This document shows, piece by piece, positions 37,626 to 46,639 of a stretch of 64,000 bases of DNA. A model generated the notes under the pieces. It did not search any database. It was not told the DNA's origin and saw only the letters and a list, made by a program, of their open reading frames with translations. Location: assembly GCF_009936135.1 (NCBI RefSeq), contig NZ_CP047901.1:475643-539642 (forward strand). The letters are read 5' to 3'. Positions within the stretch are counted from its first letter, which is position 1. Every line of letters begins with the position of its first letter. The translations under genes and the position numbers were made by a program. Source of the DNA: Candidatus Chazhemtobacterium aquaticus (GTDB lineage Bacteria; Patescibacteriota; Microgenomatia; UBA1400; Chazhemtobacteraceae).

Positions 37626-39425
37626 CTACTGCTCAACCACTATGTAGTATCCGTTCTCAAACACCTTATCTTCCCTGTCTATCCTCCTCAAGTTATCCTG
37701 CCCGTACTCAGCCTGTTTGTCGATTACTTCTCCTTTGTATTTACTCACCTCATATTCCTGTTTACCAAACCACTCAAAGTCAGGAGTTAGTTTCTTCTTG
37801 ATCGACAGAAAGTTTTCTAAGATCGGGAACTCAAAGTAAAACTTACCAGTCTTAATGTTCGGCCATCTGACTCCAACCAAGTGCTCTTCATCTACTTTTA
37901 ATCCAAGAAATTTTTCACCCTCAATACTTGAGTAGCGGATATCGGGTATTAGTTGAGTCGCTCTAACTATCCACTCCTTAACACAGCTATACGGCTCCTT
38001 GTATCCGCCAGCCAATCCAAAACAACCTCGTTCCTCTGGATTAGTTTCATCAGTAATTTTCTCAGGGATCTCTCCTGGCTTGAATCCTTCAAAAACAGGC
38101 TCTTCCTTTTTAAGCTTAATTGTCTTGTCTTCGAATCTAATTACATAACCATCCTCAATCTCTTGTATCTCAAAGCCATCACTCTTACCCAAGACTATTT
38201 GATTTCCCAAAGCCACCTCATCTACTAATGCAGGGACTAGACGACTTAAGTTATGCCGTCCATCCCTTCTTACCTGGTCGTTATCACGCCACAAGTTCTG
38301 GTGATAGTAGCGATAGTCCTTTAAGATCACCTGATTGTCCTCCACAAACAAACCCAACCGGTAATCAGGAGACATGTACCAGTATGATTCGTAAGTTTTG
38401 CTAGGTTGGCTTGAAACAAGTAGAGTAGCGGACTCACTCGTTTTTTCTCGGTAAAAACGGTTAAAATCACTCATTGTCACCACTTTAAAGTCTTCTCCCT
38501 CCATTTCTTTTAGAGTTTCCAGTTGTCGGGATAGTTCTGCCAAAAAGACCTCATTTACCTCGCCCACCTCCAGGCCAATCACTACCTGAGACACACTCCC
38601 TTTTACATTAATGGTTAAGTCATTAAGCAGCCTTACAAAGTAGTCGTGGGGCAACCCCTTGCCTCGGTTATAGTCGTTTACCTGCAAACTGAAGTTACTA
38701 AACTCCACACTATCTCCAAAGCTTAAAGTTGGTTCTCTTGGTGCCCACAATATCTTTACTACCCCGCTGTTATCTTCCTCGTGTTTAGCTGGCTCAATCG
38801 CTGACTTCTTGCTTACGTAATATGGTTGGTTAATATATTGTCCCCAGGTTTGGTAGCCATCGGTTGAGTACTGATCAGCTAGCCCCAGGACCACCTCAGC
38901 CCCATATTTCTCTCTGATGTACTCCATCGTGTATCCATCCACATACCAGCAGCCATAGGCTTTAGGGTACTCACCAAATTTTTCCCTAAATTTATTAAAC
39001 GCCTCATCAACTAGCTTCCTTCTTTCCTCTAAGGTGTATCCAGAACTAAACAACTTATCTGCCGCACTCCAGTGTTCTTCCTCCCAGTCAAATTTAACCC
39101 TTGCTTCCTCTGCCCATCTTCTGGTCACCTCTAAAAACAGCCCGATTTCCTGGTTATCTGGTAGGTTAGTCAGCTCCTTCATCAGGTAGTTGTCGACTAA
39201 CACATCATAGTGAATCAGCCAGGTTGCTGGCAACTCGCTTTCAATCACCACATTCCTTAAATCATCAAAATGTTTAGTATCACACCCCTCCCTCCAGTAA
39301 CTACAATCTCTAACAGGAAATACTGGTGTCACCATGTTCAACTCGGCCGCTCTTGCCTCAGTAGTCAGCAGTAGCATTAATCCCAGTAACAAAGCCGTCA
39401 CACCACTTCTCTTGTTCATGACCAT
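37626..39425 (-). CDS. Secreted approximately 600-aa protein (signal peptide), possible carbohydrate-active or glycan-modifying enzyme, function unknown.
   Basis: Start chosen at MVMNKRSGVTALLLGLMLLLTTEARAAE, a signal peptide. The longer MSGDT extension is rejected. No diagnostic motif was recognised. Confidence 0.45.
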   Translation of the reverse strand: MVMNKRSGVTALLLGLMLLLTTEARAAELNMVTPVFPVRDCSYWREGCDTKHFDDLRNVVIESELPATWLIHYDVLVDNYLMKELTNLPDNQEIGLFLEVTRRWAEEARVKFDWEEEHWSAADKLFSSGYTLEERRKLVDEAFNKFREKFGEYPKAYGCWYVDGYTMEYIREKYGAEVVLGLADQYSTDGYQTWGQYINQPYYVSKKSAIEPAKHEEDNSGVVKILWAPREPTLSFGDSVEFSNFSLQVNDYNRGKGLPHDYFVRLLNDLTINVKGSVSQVVIGLEVGEVNEVFLAELSRQLETLKEMEGEDFKVVTMSDFNRFYREKTSESATLLVSSQPSKTYESYWYMSPDYRLGLFVEDNQVILKDYRYYHQNLWRDNDQVRRDGRHNLSRLVPALVDEVALGNQIVLGKSDGFEIQEIEDGYVIRFEDKTIKLKKEEPVFEGFKPGEIPEKITDETNPEERGCFGLAGGYKEPYSCVKEWIVRATQLIPDIRYSSIEGEKFLGLKVDEEHLVGVRWPNIKTGKFYFEFPILENFLSIKKKLTPDFEWFGKQEYEVSKYKGEVIDKQAEYGQDNLRRIDREDKVFENGYYIVVEQ

Positions 39426-39476
39426 ATCATACCTTTTAATAACACTAATTTTTCTTGTTAGGATATAATCCAACCC

Positions 39477-40502
39477 ATGCCCCAAAAAAAGAAAATAGCA
39501 TTCATTACCGGTGTCACCGGACAAGACGGCTCATATCTCGCCGAGTTTCTCTTGAACAAAAATTATCATGTCTACGGTCTGCTTCGTCGTAAAAGCAAAC
39601 CCGACCTAGGCAACGCCGCCCACTTACTTCATCACATCGACCTAGCTTATGGAGATCTCTCTGACCAGTCGTGTCTTAATATGTATATCTCCAAGATCAA
39701 GCCCGATGAGATCTACAATCTGGGCGCCCAGTCCCATGTTCACGAGTCCTGGCATCAGCCTCTAGCTACTGCTGATCAAACCGGCATGGGAGCTCTCCGC
39801 ATCTTCGAAGCCGTCCGCAATCTTCACCCCAAAGCCAAGGTCTATCAAGCCAGCACTAGCGAACTATATGGCGAAACCACCATTACCCCCCAAGACGAAA
39901 ACACCTCTATTCATCCTGCCAACCCCTATGCTGCAGCCAAGGCGTTAGCTCACTTTGACGCTCAGATTTACCGTCGCTCTTTTGGTCTCTTCATCTCCAC
40001 TGGCATTCTCTTCAATCACGAGAGTCCCAGGCGCAGTCCTGACTTTGTTACCCGCAAAGTTACTCTTGCCGCTGCCACAATCAAATTAGGGTTAAAGAAA
40101 AACATCCCCTTAGGTCAGGGTGGTGACCCCATCATCAACAAAGACGGCAAACTAGAGTTAGGTAGCCTTGATGCCAAGCGTGACTGGGGTTTTGCCGGCG
40201 ATTACGTTAAGGCCATGTGGATGATGCTTCAACACGATACTCCTGATGACTTTGTCGTTGCCACTGGTAAGGTTCACACAGTTAAGGACCTGGCCCGCAC
40301 AGCCTTCAAGCAAGTTGGCCTAAACTGGAAAGATCACGTTGTCATCAATCCCAAATGGGTTCGTCCTACCGAGACCGGCCCCTTAGTCGGTGACGCTAGC
40401 AAGATCAAAAAGACCTTGGGTTGGCAGGCCGAAACCTCTTTTGAACAGCTAATCTCTATGATGGTCAAACACGACCTTGAGTTGCTCAAACAGCAAAAAT
40501 AG
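39477..40502 (+). CDS. gmd: GDP-mannose 4,6-dehydratase.
   Basis: KIAFITGVTGQDGSYLAEFLLNKNYHVYGLLRRKS plus the FNHESPRR motif and SDR YxxxK. Length 341 aa. A TATAAT box at 39464-39469 lies 7 nt upstream of the ATG. Confidence 0.85.
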   Translation: MPQKKKIAFITGVTGQDGSYLAEFLLNKNYHVYGLLRRKSKPDLGNAAHLLHHIDLAYGDLSDQSCLNMYISKIKPDEIYNLGAQSHVHESWHQPLATADQTGMGALRIFEAVRNLHPKAKVYQASTSELYGETTITPQDENTSIHPANPYAAAKALAHFDAQIYRRSFGLFISTGILFNHESPRRSPDFVTRKVTLAAATIKLGLKKNIPLGQGGDPIINKDGKLELGSLDAKRDWGFAGDYVKAMWMMLQHDTPDDFVVATGKVHTVKDLARTAFKQVGLNWKDHVVINPKWVRPTETGPLVGDASKIKKTLGWQAETSFEQLISMMVKHDLELLKQQK

Positions 40503-40526
40503 TTCCCCACCTGCTAGAATCAAACT

Positions 40527-41768
40527 GTGATCGGCAAGATAAAGACTTTACTTTTTTCTGACACCTCCCGGGATACTGCTGTCATTATGGGTGGCAACCT
40601 AGCTGTTGCTTTAGGTGGCACCCTATTTACCATTGTCGTTGCCAGGAGTCTCTCTCCGATTAACTTTGGCATCTTTTCCGCCATCTTTGCTTTAGCTACC
40701 TTGTTTAGTTCCCTTGCTGACTTAGGTATCTCCTCAGCGCTTATAAACTTCCTTCCCAAGGTTAAAGGTGGTCGCTCCACCATCATCTCTGTCACTTTTT
40801 GGATGCAGTTAGGAATTGCCCTTCTTCTTAGCTCTCTGTCCCTTGGCTTCCTCCCCATTCGTCAGGACACGCTGCCAGGTGCTCAGTCACTTCACATTAT
40901 CTATCTCTCCATCCTCATCATTCCCCTAGTCTTTGAAAGCTTTGCCCTCGCTATCTTAAAGGCCGAGAAACGCTTCTTCTTTGTCTCCCTCATCATGACC
41001 CTAGACTCCTGGATGAAACTGATTCTTACCTACTTACTCCTGCGCTTCAACCTTCTTGATATCTCCTCAGTCCTGCTTGCCTCCATTGCTGCTTCTTCTC
41101 TAGCTACTGCCTTTGCCATCTCCAAGGAGTTAAAATACGTTCGCCCCATTTTCCCCAAGGCTCAGGTTTCCCGCATTGTCCACTTTGCCAAATGGATTGC
41201 CTTGGTTCGAGTCTTTTCAGTTGGTATCTCTCGTATCGACATCATTCTCCTTAATGCCATTGGTAGTAGCTTTCAAGCTGGTATTTACGCCGCTTCCAGT
41301 CGCATCACCCTTCTATATGCCATGTTAGTCTCAAGCCTTGGCAGTGTGGTTGCTCCTCGCTTTTCTGCTTTTACCACCAAACAACAGGTCAAGGATTATA
41401 TCCTCAAGCTTCTCCTCCTCACTACCTTCTTTGCTCTGGGTATGATTGCCTTACTTGAGTTCGCTCCCTTAATCATTCGTATCGTTTATGGTGAGGCATA
41501 TCTTTCTACCGTTCCCATCTTCCGCTACCTCACCTACGCCATGATTCCCTTCCTTTACGCTACCGTCACCACCAACCCACTCATCTTCTATTTCAACAAA
41601 CCCAATTTTATAGCCTTTACCACCGTCATCCAGATCTTTATAATCGTCGCCCTAGATCTTGCCCTCATTCCCAGTTTCGGTGCTATCGCTCCCGCTATTT
41701 CTCTAGCTGTTTCCAACTCGGTCGTTCTTCTTCTTACTGGCTGGAAGTTGATTAGACTTCTTAAATGA
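40527..41768 (+). CDS. Wzx-like oligosaccharide flippase (MOP family).
   Basis: 12 TM. The N-terminal region GGNLAVALGGTLFTIVVARSLSPINFGIFSAIFAL is typical of polysaccharide-biosynthesis / Wzx proteins. GTG start. Confidence 0.6.
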   Translation: MIGKIKTLLFSDTSRDTAVIMGGNLAVALGGTLFTIVVARSLSPINFGIFSAIFALATLFSSLADLGISSALINFLPKVKGGRSTIISVTFWMQLGIALLLSSLSLGFLPIRQDTLPGAQSLHIIYLSILIIPLVFESFALAILKAEKRFFFVSLIMTLDSWMKLILTYLLLRFNLLDISSVLLASIAASSLATAFAISKELKYVRPIFPKAQVSRIVHFAKWIALVRVFSVGISRIDIILLNAIGSSFQAGIYAASSRITLLYAMLVSSLGSVVAPRFSAFTTKQQVKDYILKLLLLTTFFALGMIALLEFAPLIIRIVYGEAYLSTVPIFRYLTYAMIPFLYATVTTNPLIFYFNKPNFIAFTTVIQIFIIVALDLALIPSFGAIAPAISLAVSNSVVLLLTGWKLIRLLK

Positions 41769-41787
41769 AAATGATTTAATAATATAT

Positions 41788-42108
41788 ATGGCCCTGACTC
41801 AAACAGATATCACTAAGCTTTCTAAAATATTTGCCACTAAGGAAGATCTTCGGAAAGCTCTTGCTCCCTACGCTACCAAGGAAGATCTTCGAAAAGCGCT
41901 TGCTCCCTACGCTACCAAGGAAGATCTAGAAAAGTATCTCACGGTTGACGAATTTCGTCAGTTTAAGGATGATGTTCTCACCGGTCTTGACAAAGTTATG
42001 GGTGAATTAAAAAAAATTAGAGAGGAACAAATCTTCATGCACAACAAAGTTTATCAGGATCACGAAAAAAGAATCACTCGCCTTGAACAAACCCAAAGCC
42101 TTGCCTAA
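41788..42108 (+). CDS. Small coiled-coil protein containing a tandem ATKEDLRKALAPY repeat.
   Basis: 106-aa ORF. The repeat unit is present 2.5 times at the protein and DNA level. Confidence 0.4.
   Translation: MALTQTDITKLSKIFATKEDLRKALAPYATKEDLRKALAPYATKEDLEKYLTVDEFRQFKDDVLTGLDKVMGELKKIREEQIFMHNKVYQDHEKRITRLEQTQSLA
41833..41935 (+). repeat. 39-bp direct tandem repeat (2 full copies plus 1 partial) inside the 41788 ORF.
   Basis: gccactaaggaagatcttcggaaagctcttgctccctac / gctaccaaggaagatcttcgaaaagcgcttgctccctac / gctaccaaggaagatctagaaaag... Confidence 0.6.
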
Positions 42109-42931
42109 GAGCAAAATCATCGTCCACTGTTTAGTCAAAAACGAAGAGCGTTTCATCTGGTATGCCCTTCAGTCGACCCTTCCTTATGTTGACCACATCA
42201 TGGTTTGTGACACTGGCTCAACCGACAAGACCCTTGATATTATCCGTTCCATTAAGTCTTCCAAGATCTCACTTAAGACCTTTAAATCTGTCTCAGCTAC
42301 TACTCATACCAAACTTCGCCAACAGATGCTGCAAGCTACACCAAAAGGTAAGTATGACTGGCTTATGATCTTAGATGGTGATGAGGTCTGGCCTGAAAAA
42401 TCAATTAAAAAAGTTCTTAAATACCTATCATCCCATCAAGATGTTGGCGCTCTTGTTGTTAAAACCACCAATGTAGTAGGGGACATCTACCACGCTTTAC
42501 CAGAATCCGCCGGCCAGTATGTCATAGCTGGTCGCAAAGGTAACTTTAATATCAGATTCATCAATCTAAAACTTCCAGGGCTTACTATTAATCATCCTCA
42601 TGGTCGTCAGACCTACACCACCAAGGGCATCCCTCTTCAGCAACTTTCCCCCTCACAACTCCACTTCCTTGACGTTGCATATATCCACACCACCCATCTC
42701 GTCAGATCAAGCCTTGATCAAAAAACCCTCAAAAGATCATTTAAGTTTAAATACGAGTTGGGCAACCAACTTGATCCAAAAGACTTACCTCAAGTCTTCT
42801 TCCAGGATCATCCTTCTTTAGTTCCTGATGTCACCACCCCAATGACATATACCTTTTTCCTAAAAGCCCTCATTCTCACTCCCATCAAAAGGCTTCGCCG
42901 CGCCCTAATTACCCCACCATCTGGTTACTAG
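42083..42931 (+). CDS. Glycosyltransferase family 2-like.
   Basis: IIVHCLVKNEERFIWYALQSTLPYVDHIMVCDTGSTDKT...LDGDE. Confidence 0.55.
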   Translation: MNKPKALPKSKIIVHCLVKNEERFIWYALQSTLPYVDHIMVCDTGSTDKTLDIIRSIKSSKISLKTFKSVSATTHTKLRQQMLQATPKGKYDWLMILDGDEVWPEKSIKKVLKYLSSHQDVGALVVKTTNVVGDIYHALPESAGQYVIAGRKGNFNIRFINLKLPGLTINHPHGRQTYTTKGIPLQQLSPSQLHFLDVAYIHTTHLVRSSLDQKTLKRSFKFKYELGNQLDPKDLPQVFFQDHPSLVPDVTTPMTYTFFLKALILTPIKRLRRALITPPSGY

Positions 42932-42932
42932 T

Positions 42933-43700
42933 ATGTCTCGTGATCAAAAATACTATCAACTAGCCCGTCAAGCTAGTCTAGAAATCGGTTCTCATCCTGG
43001 ATTAAAACAACTCCAACAAATAGCTCGTCGCAGTAAAAACATTCTTGATTTCGGTTGTGGGGAAGGTACTCGGCTTAACACTTTATTGGGTGATAACCAA
43101 CAGGGTCACGGAGTTGATATCAATCGTTTTGCCATTTCTTCAGCCAAAAAACAATATCCTCGCCACCACTTCAAACGCTACTCCGGTCAACGGCTGCCCT
43201 ACCAGGACAACACCTTTGATCTAGTTTACTCAGCCTTTGTGCTAGAGCACACCACCGATCCAGAAGTGGTTATTAAAGAAATGATTCGAGTTACCAAGCC
43301 CAATGGCAAGTTGGTTATCTTATGTCCCAATTTCGGCGCCCCCAACAGGCGTTCACCCAACTCTGTAAAAAACCCTATCACCAAGTTAATCACCGGCTTG
43401 ATTCACGATTTCCTTCCTCCATCACCAGAACACCTGCCCTGGACCTTTGTTAATCCTAAAGATACTTACGATCAACCAGACGATGACACCACCGTCGAGC
43501 CATATCTACTTTCTTTAAAGAGATACTTAACTAATCAAAGAATGCTTGTTGATACCAGCTCCAGTCTCTGGTCTCAGGAATTGACGACCAAGAATCCTCG
43601 CAAACTACTTTTTAAGTTTCTAGGAGAACGTAGTCTTTTTCCCTTCAACTTTTGGGGACCGCAAGTTTTTATCATCGCTACCAAGCCAGCAGATATATAA
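42933..43700 (+). CDS. Class I SAM-dependent methyltransferase.
   Basis: ILDFGCGEGTRLNTLL...DLVYSAFVLEHTTDPEVVIKEMIRVTKPNGKLVI. Confidence 0.7.
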   Translation: MSRDQKYYQLARQASLEIGSHPGLKQLQQIARRSKNILDFGCGEGTRLNTLLGDNQQGHGVDINRFAISSAKKQYPRHHFKRYSGQRLPYQDNTFDLVYSAFVLEHTTDPEVVIKEMIRVTKPNGKLVILCPNFGAPNRRSPNSVKNPITKLITGLIHDFLPPSPEHLPWTFVNPKDTYDQPDDDTTVEPYLLSLKRYLTNQRMLVDTSSSLWSQELTTKNPRKLLFKFLGERSLFPFNFWGPQVFIIATKPADI

Positions 43701-43708
43701 TCAAAGCC

Positions 43709-44452
43709 ATGCCCCTAACTGACCAGGATCTTATCAGCAAATTTAAACTAAAACCCTCTGATCGCATTCTTGATATTGGCGGTGGTAGTAAGCAGCATGA
43801 TCAGATCAACATTCATACCTTAGTAGATATTCTTCCACCAGAAAAGGCTCCCTACACCTACGCTTCTAAGCTAAAAGCTCGCCACTTCGTTCAACTAAAC
43901 ATAGAAACTGATCCACTCCCCTTTCCTGACAATCAATTTGACTTTGTTCTCTGTACTCACACCCTTGAGGATCTTCACTCACCCCTTCACATCATTAAAG
44001 AAATGTCTCGTGTTGGTAAAAAAGGCTACATTGCCACCCCTTCAAGAGGGATTGATATGGTCTTTACAGACTTTGATATCACCAACTGGCTAACTGGCGC
44101 CCGTCGTGTTCCTGGACTAGCCCATCACAAATGGTTTTTTGAGAACAAAAAAGGAGTGCTCCATCTTACTCCCAAAAACTATCCATTGCTTTACTCGTCC
44201 GAGTTTCAATATGTTGACTGGTCCGGGCCGGACGAGTGTCAGTATTCCTGGCAAAAACAAATTAACATCAAATACGATCCCAAACTAGACATCGATATTC
44301 ATTTACTTATCAAAAACTACCGCCGCTTTATCTCACAAAACCAAAACCATCTGCGCAAAGCCACCACCAATATCTTTATTGACGATCCCATTACCGTCGC
44401 CAAAGCTTATTTAAAACTCCTCCTAAAGCGGGGAGTTGGTTTCCGACAATGA
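43709..44452 (+). CDS. Class I SAM-dependent methyltransferase.
   Basis: ATG at 43709 (MPLTDQ). ILDIGGGSKQ...FDFVLCTHTLEDLHSPLHIIKEMSRVGKKGYIATP. Confidence 0.65.
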   Translation: MPLTDQDLISKFKLKPSDRILDIGGGSKQHDQINIHTLVDILPPEKAPYTYASKLKARHFVQLNIETDPLPFPDNQFDFVLCTHTLEDLHSPLHIIKEMSRVGKKGYIATPSRGIDMVFTDFDITNWLTGARRVPGLAHHKWFFENKKGVLHLTPKNYPLLYSSEFQYVDWSGPDECQYSWQKQINIKYDPKLDIDIHLLIKNYRRFISQNQNHLRKATTNIFIDDPITVAKAYLKLLLKRGVGFRQ

Positions 44453-45540
44453 AAATCGCTTTCTTAAGTTTCTACTCTGGCCATCTTAACCGCGGTGTCG
44501 AAACCTATCTTGATCAACTTGCCACTCGATTGAGTCCTCATCACCAGGTCACCGTCTATCAATCAGGACCAAAGGTAAATAGCAGAGCATTCACCACCCA
44601 TGTCATCCCCGTTAAGATATCTAGCTCATCTAATGATCTACCAGCTACTCACCTCACCAAGCGTTTATTTATCGACCACTCCAAAAGACAAGAGTTTATT
44701 TTCTTTTTAAAAGTCTTACCCTATCTGCTTAAGAACAACTACGATATTATCTATCCCCTAAACTCCGGTTGGCCCATTCCCATTCTTCGCCTTCTCACCA
44801 TAATTACCCAAGACAAACTGGTTCTTGCTGGACACTCTGGTCCGGGTTGGGACGACCGTTGGAATCTTCTCTTCCGTCCCGACCTCTTTATTTGCTTCAC
44901 CTCTGCCCAACTAGCCTGGGCAAAAAAAGCCTCACCCTGGCCCAATCAGCGCTTAGTTTATCTTCCTCACGCTGTCGATACCCGCATTTTCTCGCCCTGG
45001 GGACCAATCCGAAACCTTAAATTACAAAGACCTATAATAATAAATGTTGCTGCCTCCACCAAGGAGAAAAGGGTAGAGCAGGGGATACGTGCCGTCGCCA
45101 GGCTAAAACGAGGCTCTTTTATCCATCTAGGCCAGGGACCCTTAGACGAAAGAATCAATAATTTAGGCTATAAGCTGCTTGGTAAATCCCGCTTTTTACA
45201 CACCCTAGTTCCTCATCAACAGATACCTGATTACTACCGCTCCGCCGATCTATTTACCTTCTGTCCTTATGATCGGGAAGCCTTTGGTTTGGTATATCTT
45301 GAAGCCCTTGCTTCCAATCTGCCTGTGGTTGCCACCAACGACCCTATTAGAAAAGAAATCATTGGCAAAGCCGGCCTCTATGTCACCAATCCGCAAGATG
45401 TTGATGAGTACGCTTCAGTTTTAAAACAAGCTCTTGCTAAAAAATGGGGCAGTCAACCCAGAAGGCAAGCCCAAAAATTCTCCTGGGACAAAATAACCGA
45501 CCAGTACCTTAAGCTCTTTAATCAACTTGTGTCCTCATAA
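44449..45540 (+). CDS. Glycosyltransferase family 4.
   Basis: REAFGLVYLEALASNLPVVATNDPIRKEIIG. Confidence 0.7.
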   Translation: MKIAFLSFYSGHLNRGVETYLDQLATRLSPHHQVTVYQSGPKVNSRAFTTHVIPVKISSSSNDLPATHLTKRLFIDHSKRQEFIFFLKVLPYLLKNNYDIIYPLNSGWPIPILRLLTIITQDKLVLAGHSGPGWDDRWNLLFRPDLFICFTSAQLAWAKKASPWPNQRLVYLPHAVDTRIFSPWGPIRNLKLQRPIIINVAASTKEKRVEQGIRAVARLKRGSFIHLGQGPLDERINNLGYKLLGKSRFLHTLVPHQQIPDYYRSADLFTFCPYDREAFGLVYLEALASNLPVVATNDPIRKEIIGKAGLYVTNPQDVDEYASVLKQALAKKWGSQPRRQAQKFSWDKITDQYLKLFNQLVSS

Positions 45541-45611
45541 TTCATATTTATATTCTCTTATCAATAAAATCGTTATTGACAAACAAATGACAAGTAAAGT
45601 AGTCTAAGTTT

Positions 45612-45815
45612 ATGAAAAGTAGACGTCAGCTAAACTCTACTACCTACCTCCTCCTAGCTGCCCTTGCCGCCTTTATCTCTCTGGCCATTGTTCTCTACTC
45701 TTCCACCATTACCGATGTTAAACCCACCCCACCCCAGACAGTGTTAGGCGCTAGTAGCGATCGTCCCAGCAGCTTAAAACAAGCCGTTCTGGAACTCTTC
45801 TCCTCCTCGCGCTAA
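45612..45815 (+). CDS. Possible 67-aa single-TM small protein.
   Basis: One hydrophobic helix (YLLLAALAAFISLAIVLY). Preceded by a 71-bp intergenic region containing TTGACA and a TGACAA-N5-TGACAA direct repeat. Confidence 0.3.
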   Translation: MKSRRQLNSTTYLLLAALAAFISLAIVLYSSTITDVKPTPPQTVLGASSDRPSSLKQAVLELFSSSR

Positions 45816-45824
45816 GATTCACTC

Positions 45825-46559
45825 ATGAAACTAACCGTTGTTATTCCCGCTCTTAATGAGCAGCAGGACTTACCCCGCACCCTTGACTCGCTAAAGTTTG
45901 CCGATGAAGTCTTGGTCATCGACTCAGGTTCCACCGACCAGACTGTTAGTCTTGCTAAAAAAGCCGGAGCCAGAGTTCTCCATCATTCATTTAAGAACTT
46001 CGCCGACACCAGAAACTTTGCCGACAGCCAAGCCAAAAACGACTTCATCCTTTCCATCGAGGCTGACGTGGTCGTTCCCAAACAGTTAGCCCAGGAAATT
46101 GCTTCTCTACCTGATACCCCAGCTGCCTATCGTATTGGCCGGGTCAACATTATCTTTGGTAAGCCCATTCTTCACACCGACTGGGGACCTAAAGACGACA
46201 ACCATATCCGTCTATACCATCGCTCCCTTGGCTCCTGGGGTGGCCAGGTTCATGAGCTATTTGCGACTAACTCTCGCCCCCATCATCTCCGTCATCATCT
46301 GCTTCACTACAACTACAACCATGTCTCCGAGTTTATCGACAAGATCAACACCTACTCTGATCTGGAAGTTAAAAAAAGACTCGCTCGTCACCAGTCCTTT
46401 TCCTACCTCAATTTATTTCTAGAGCCCACCAAAGACTTCATCAAGCGCTACTTCTACAAACTAGGTTTCCTGGATGGCCTCCACGGCTTCTTTTTAAGCC
46501 TGCTTCAAGCCATCTACTATCTTACTGTCAACATCAAGCTCAAGTCAGCCTCGACTTGA
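45825..46559 (+). CDS. Glycosyltransferase family 2.
   Basis: LTVVIPALNEQQDLPRTLDSLKFADEVLVIDSGSTDQT...EADV. Confidence 0.75.
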   Translation: MKLTVVIPALNEQQDLPRTLDSLKFADEVLVIDSGSTDQTVSLAKKAGARVLHHSFKNFADTRNFADSQAKNDFILSIEADVVVPKQLAQEIASLPDTPAAYRIGRVNIIFGKPILHTDWGPKDDNHIRLYHRSLGSWGGQVHELFATNSRPHHLRHHLLHYNYNHVSEFIDKINTYSDLEVKKRLARHQSFSYLNLFLEPTKDFIKRYFYKLGFLDGLHGFFLSLLQAIYYLTVNIKLKSAST

Positions 46560-46639
46560 GTCTATTTGACACTTACTTTGACCCCATTCGCTATACTTGA
46601 GCTAATCAAATACCTGCCCTATTACTACATACAAGACCT

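Noticed and set aside
39426-39524. MSGDTGNECYF... extension of the secreted protein
   Set aside because: The internal Met (MVMNKRSG) gives a canonical signal peptide. The extension would bury it and would overlap the gmd start.
40520-40858. 112-aa minus-strand ORF overlapping the flippase start
   Set aside because: It is Arg/Lys-rich low-complexity sequence antisense to the conserved N-terminus of the Wzx-like gene.
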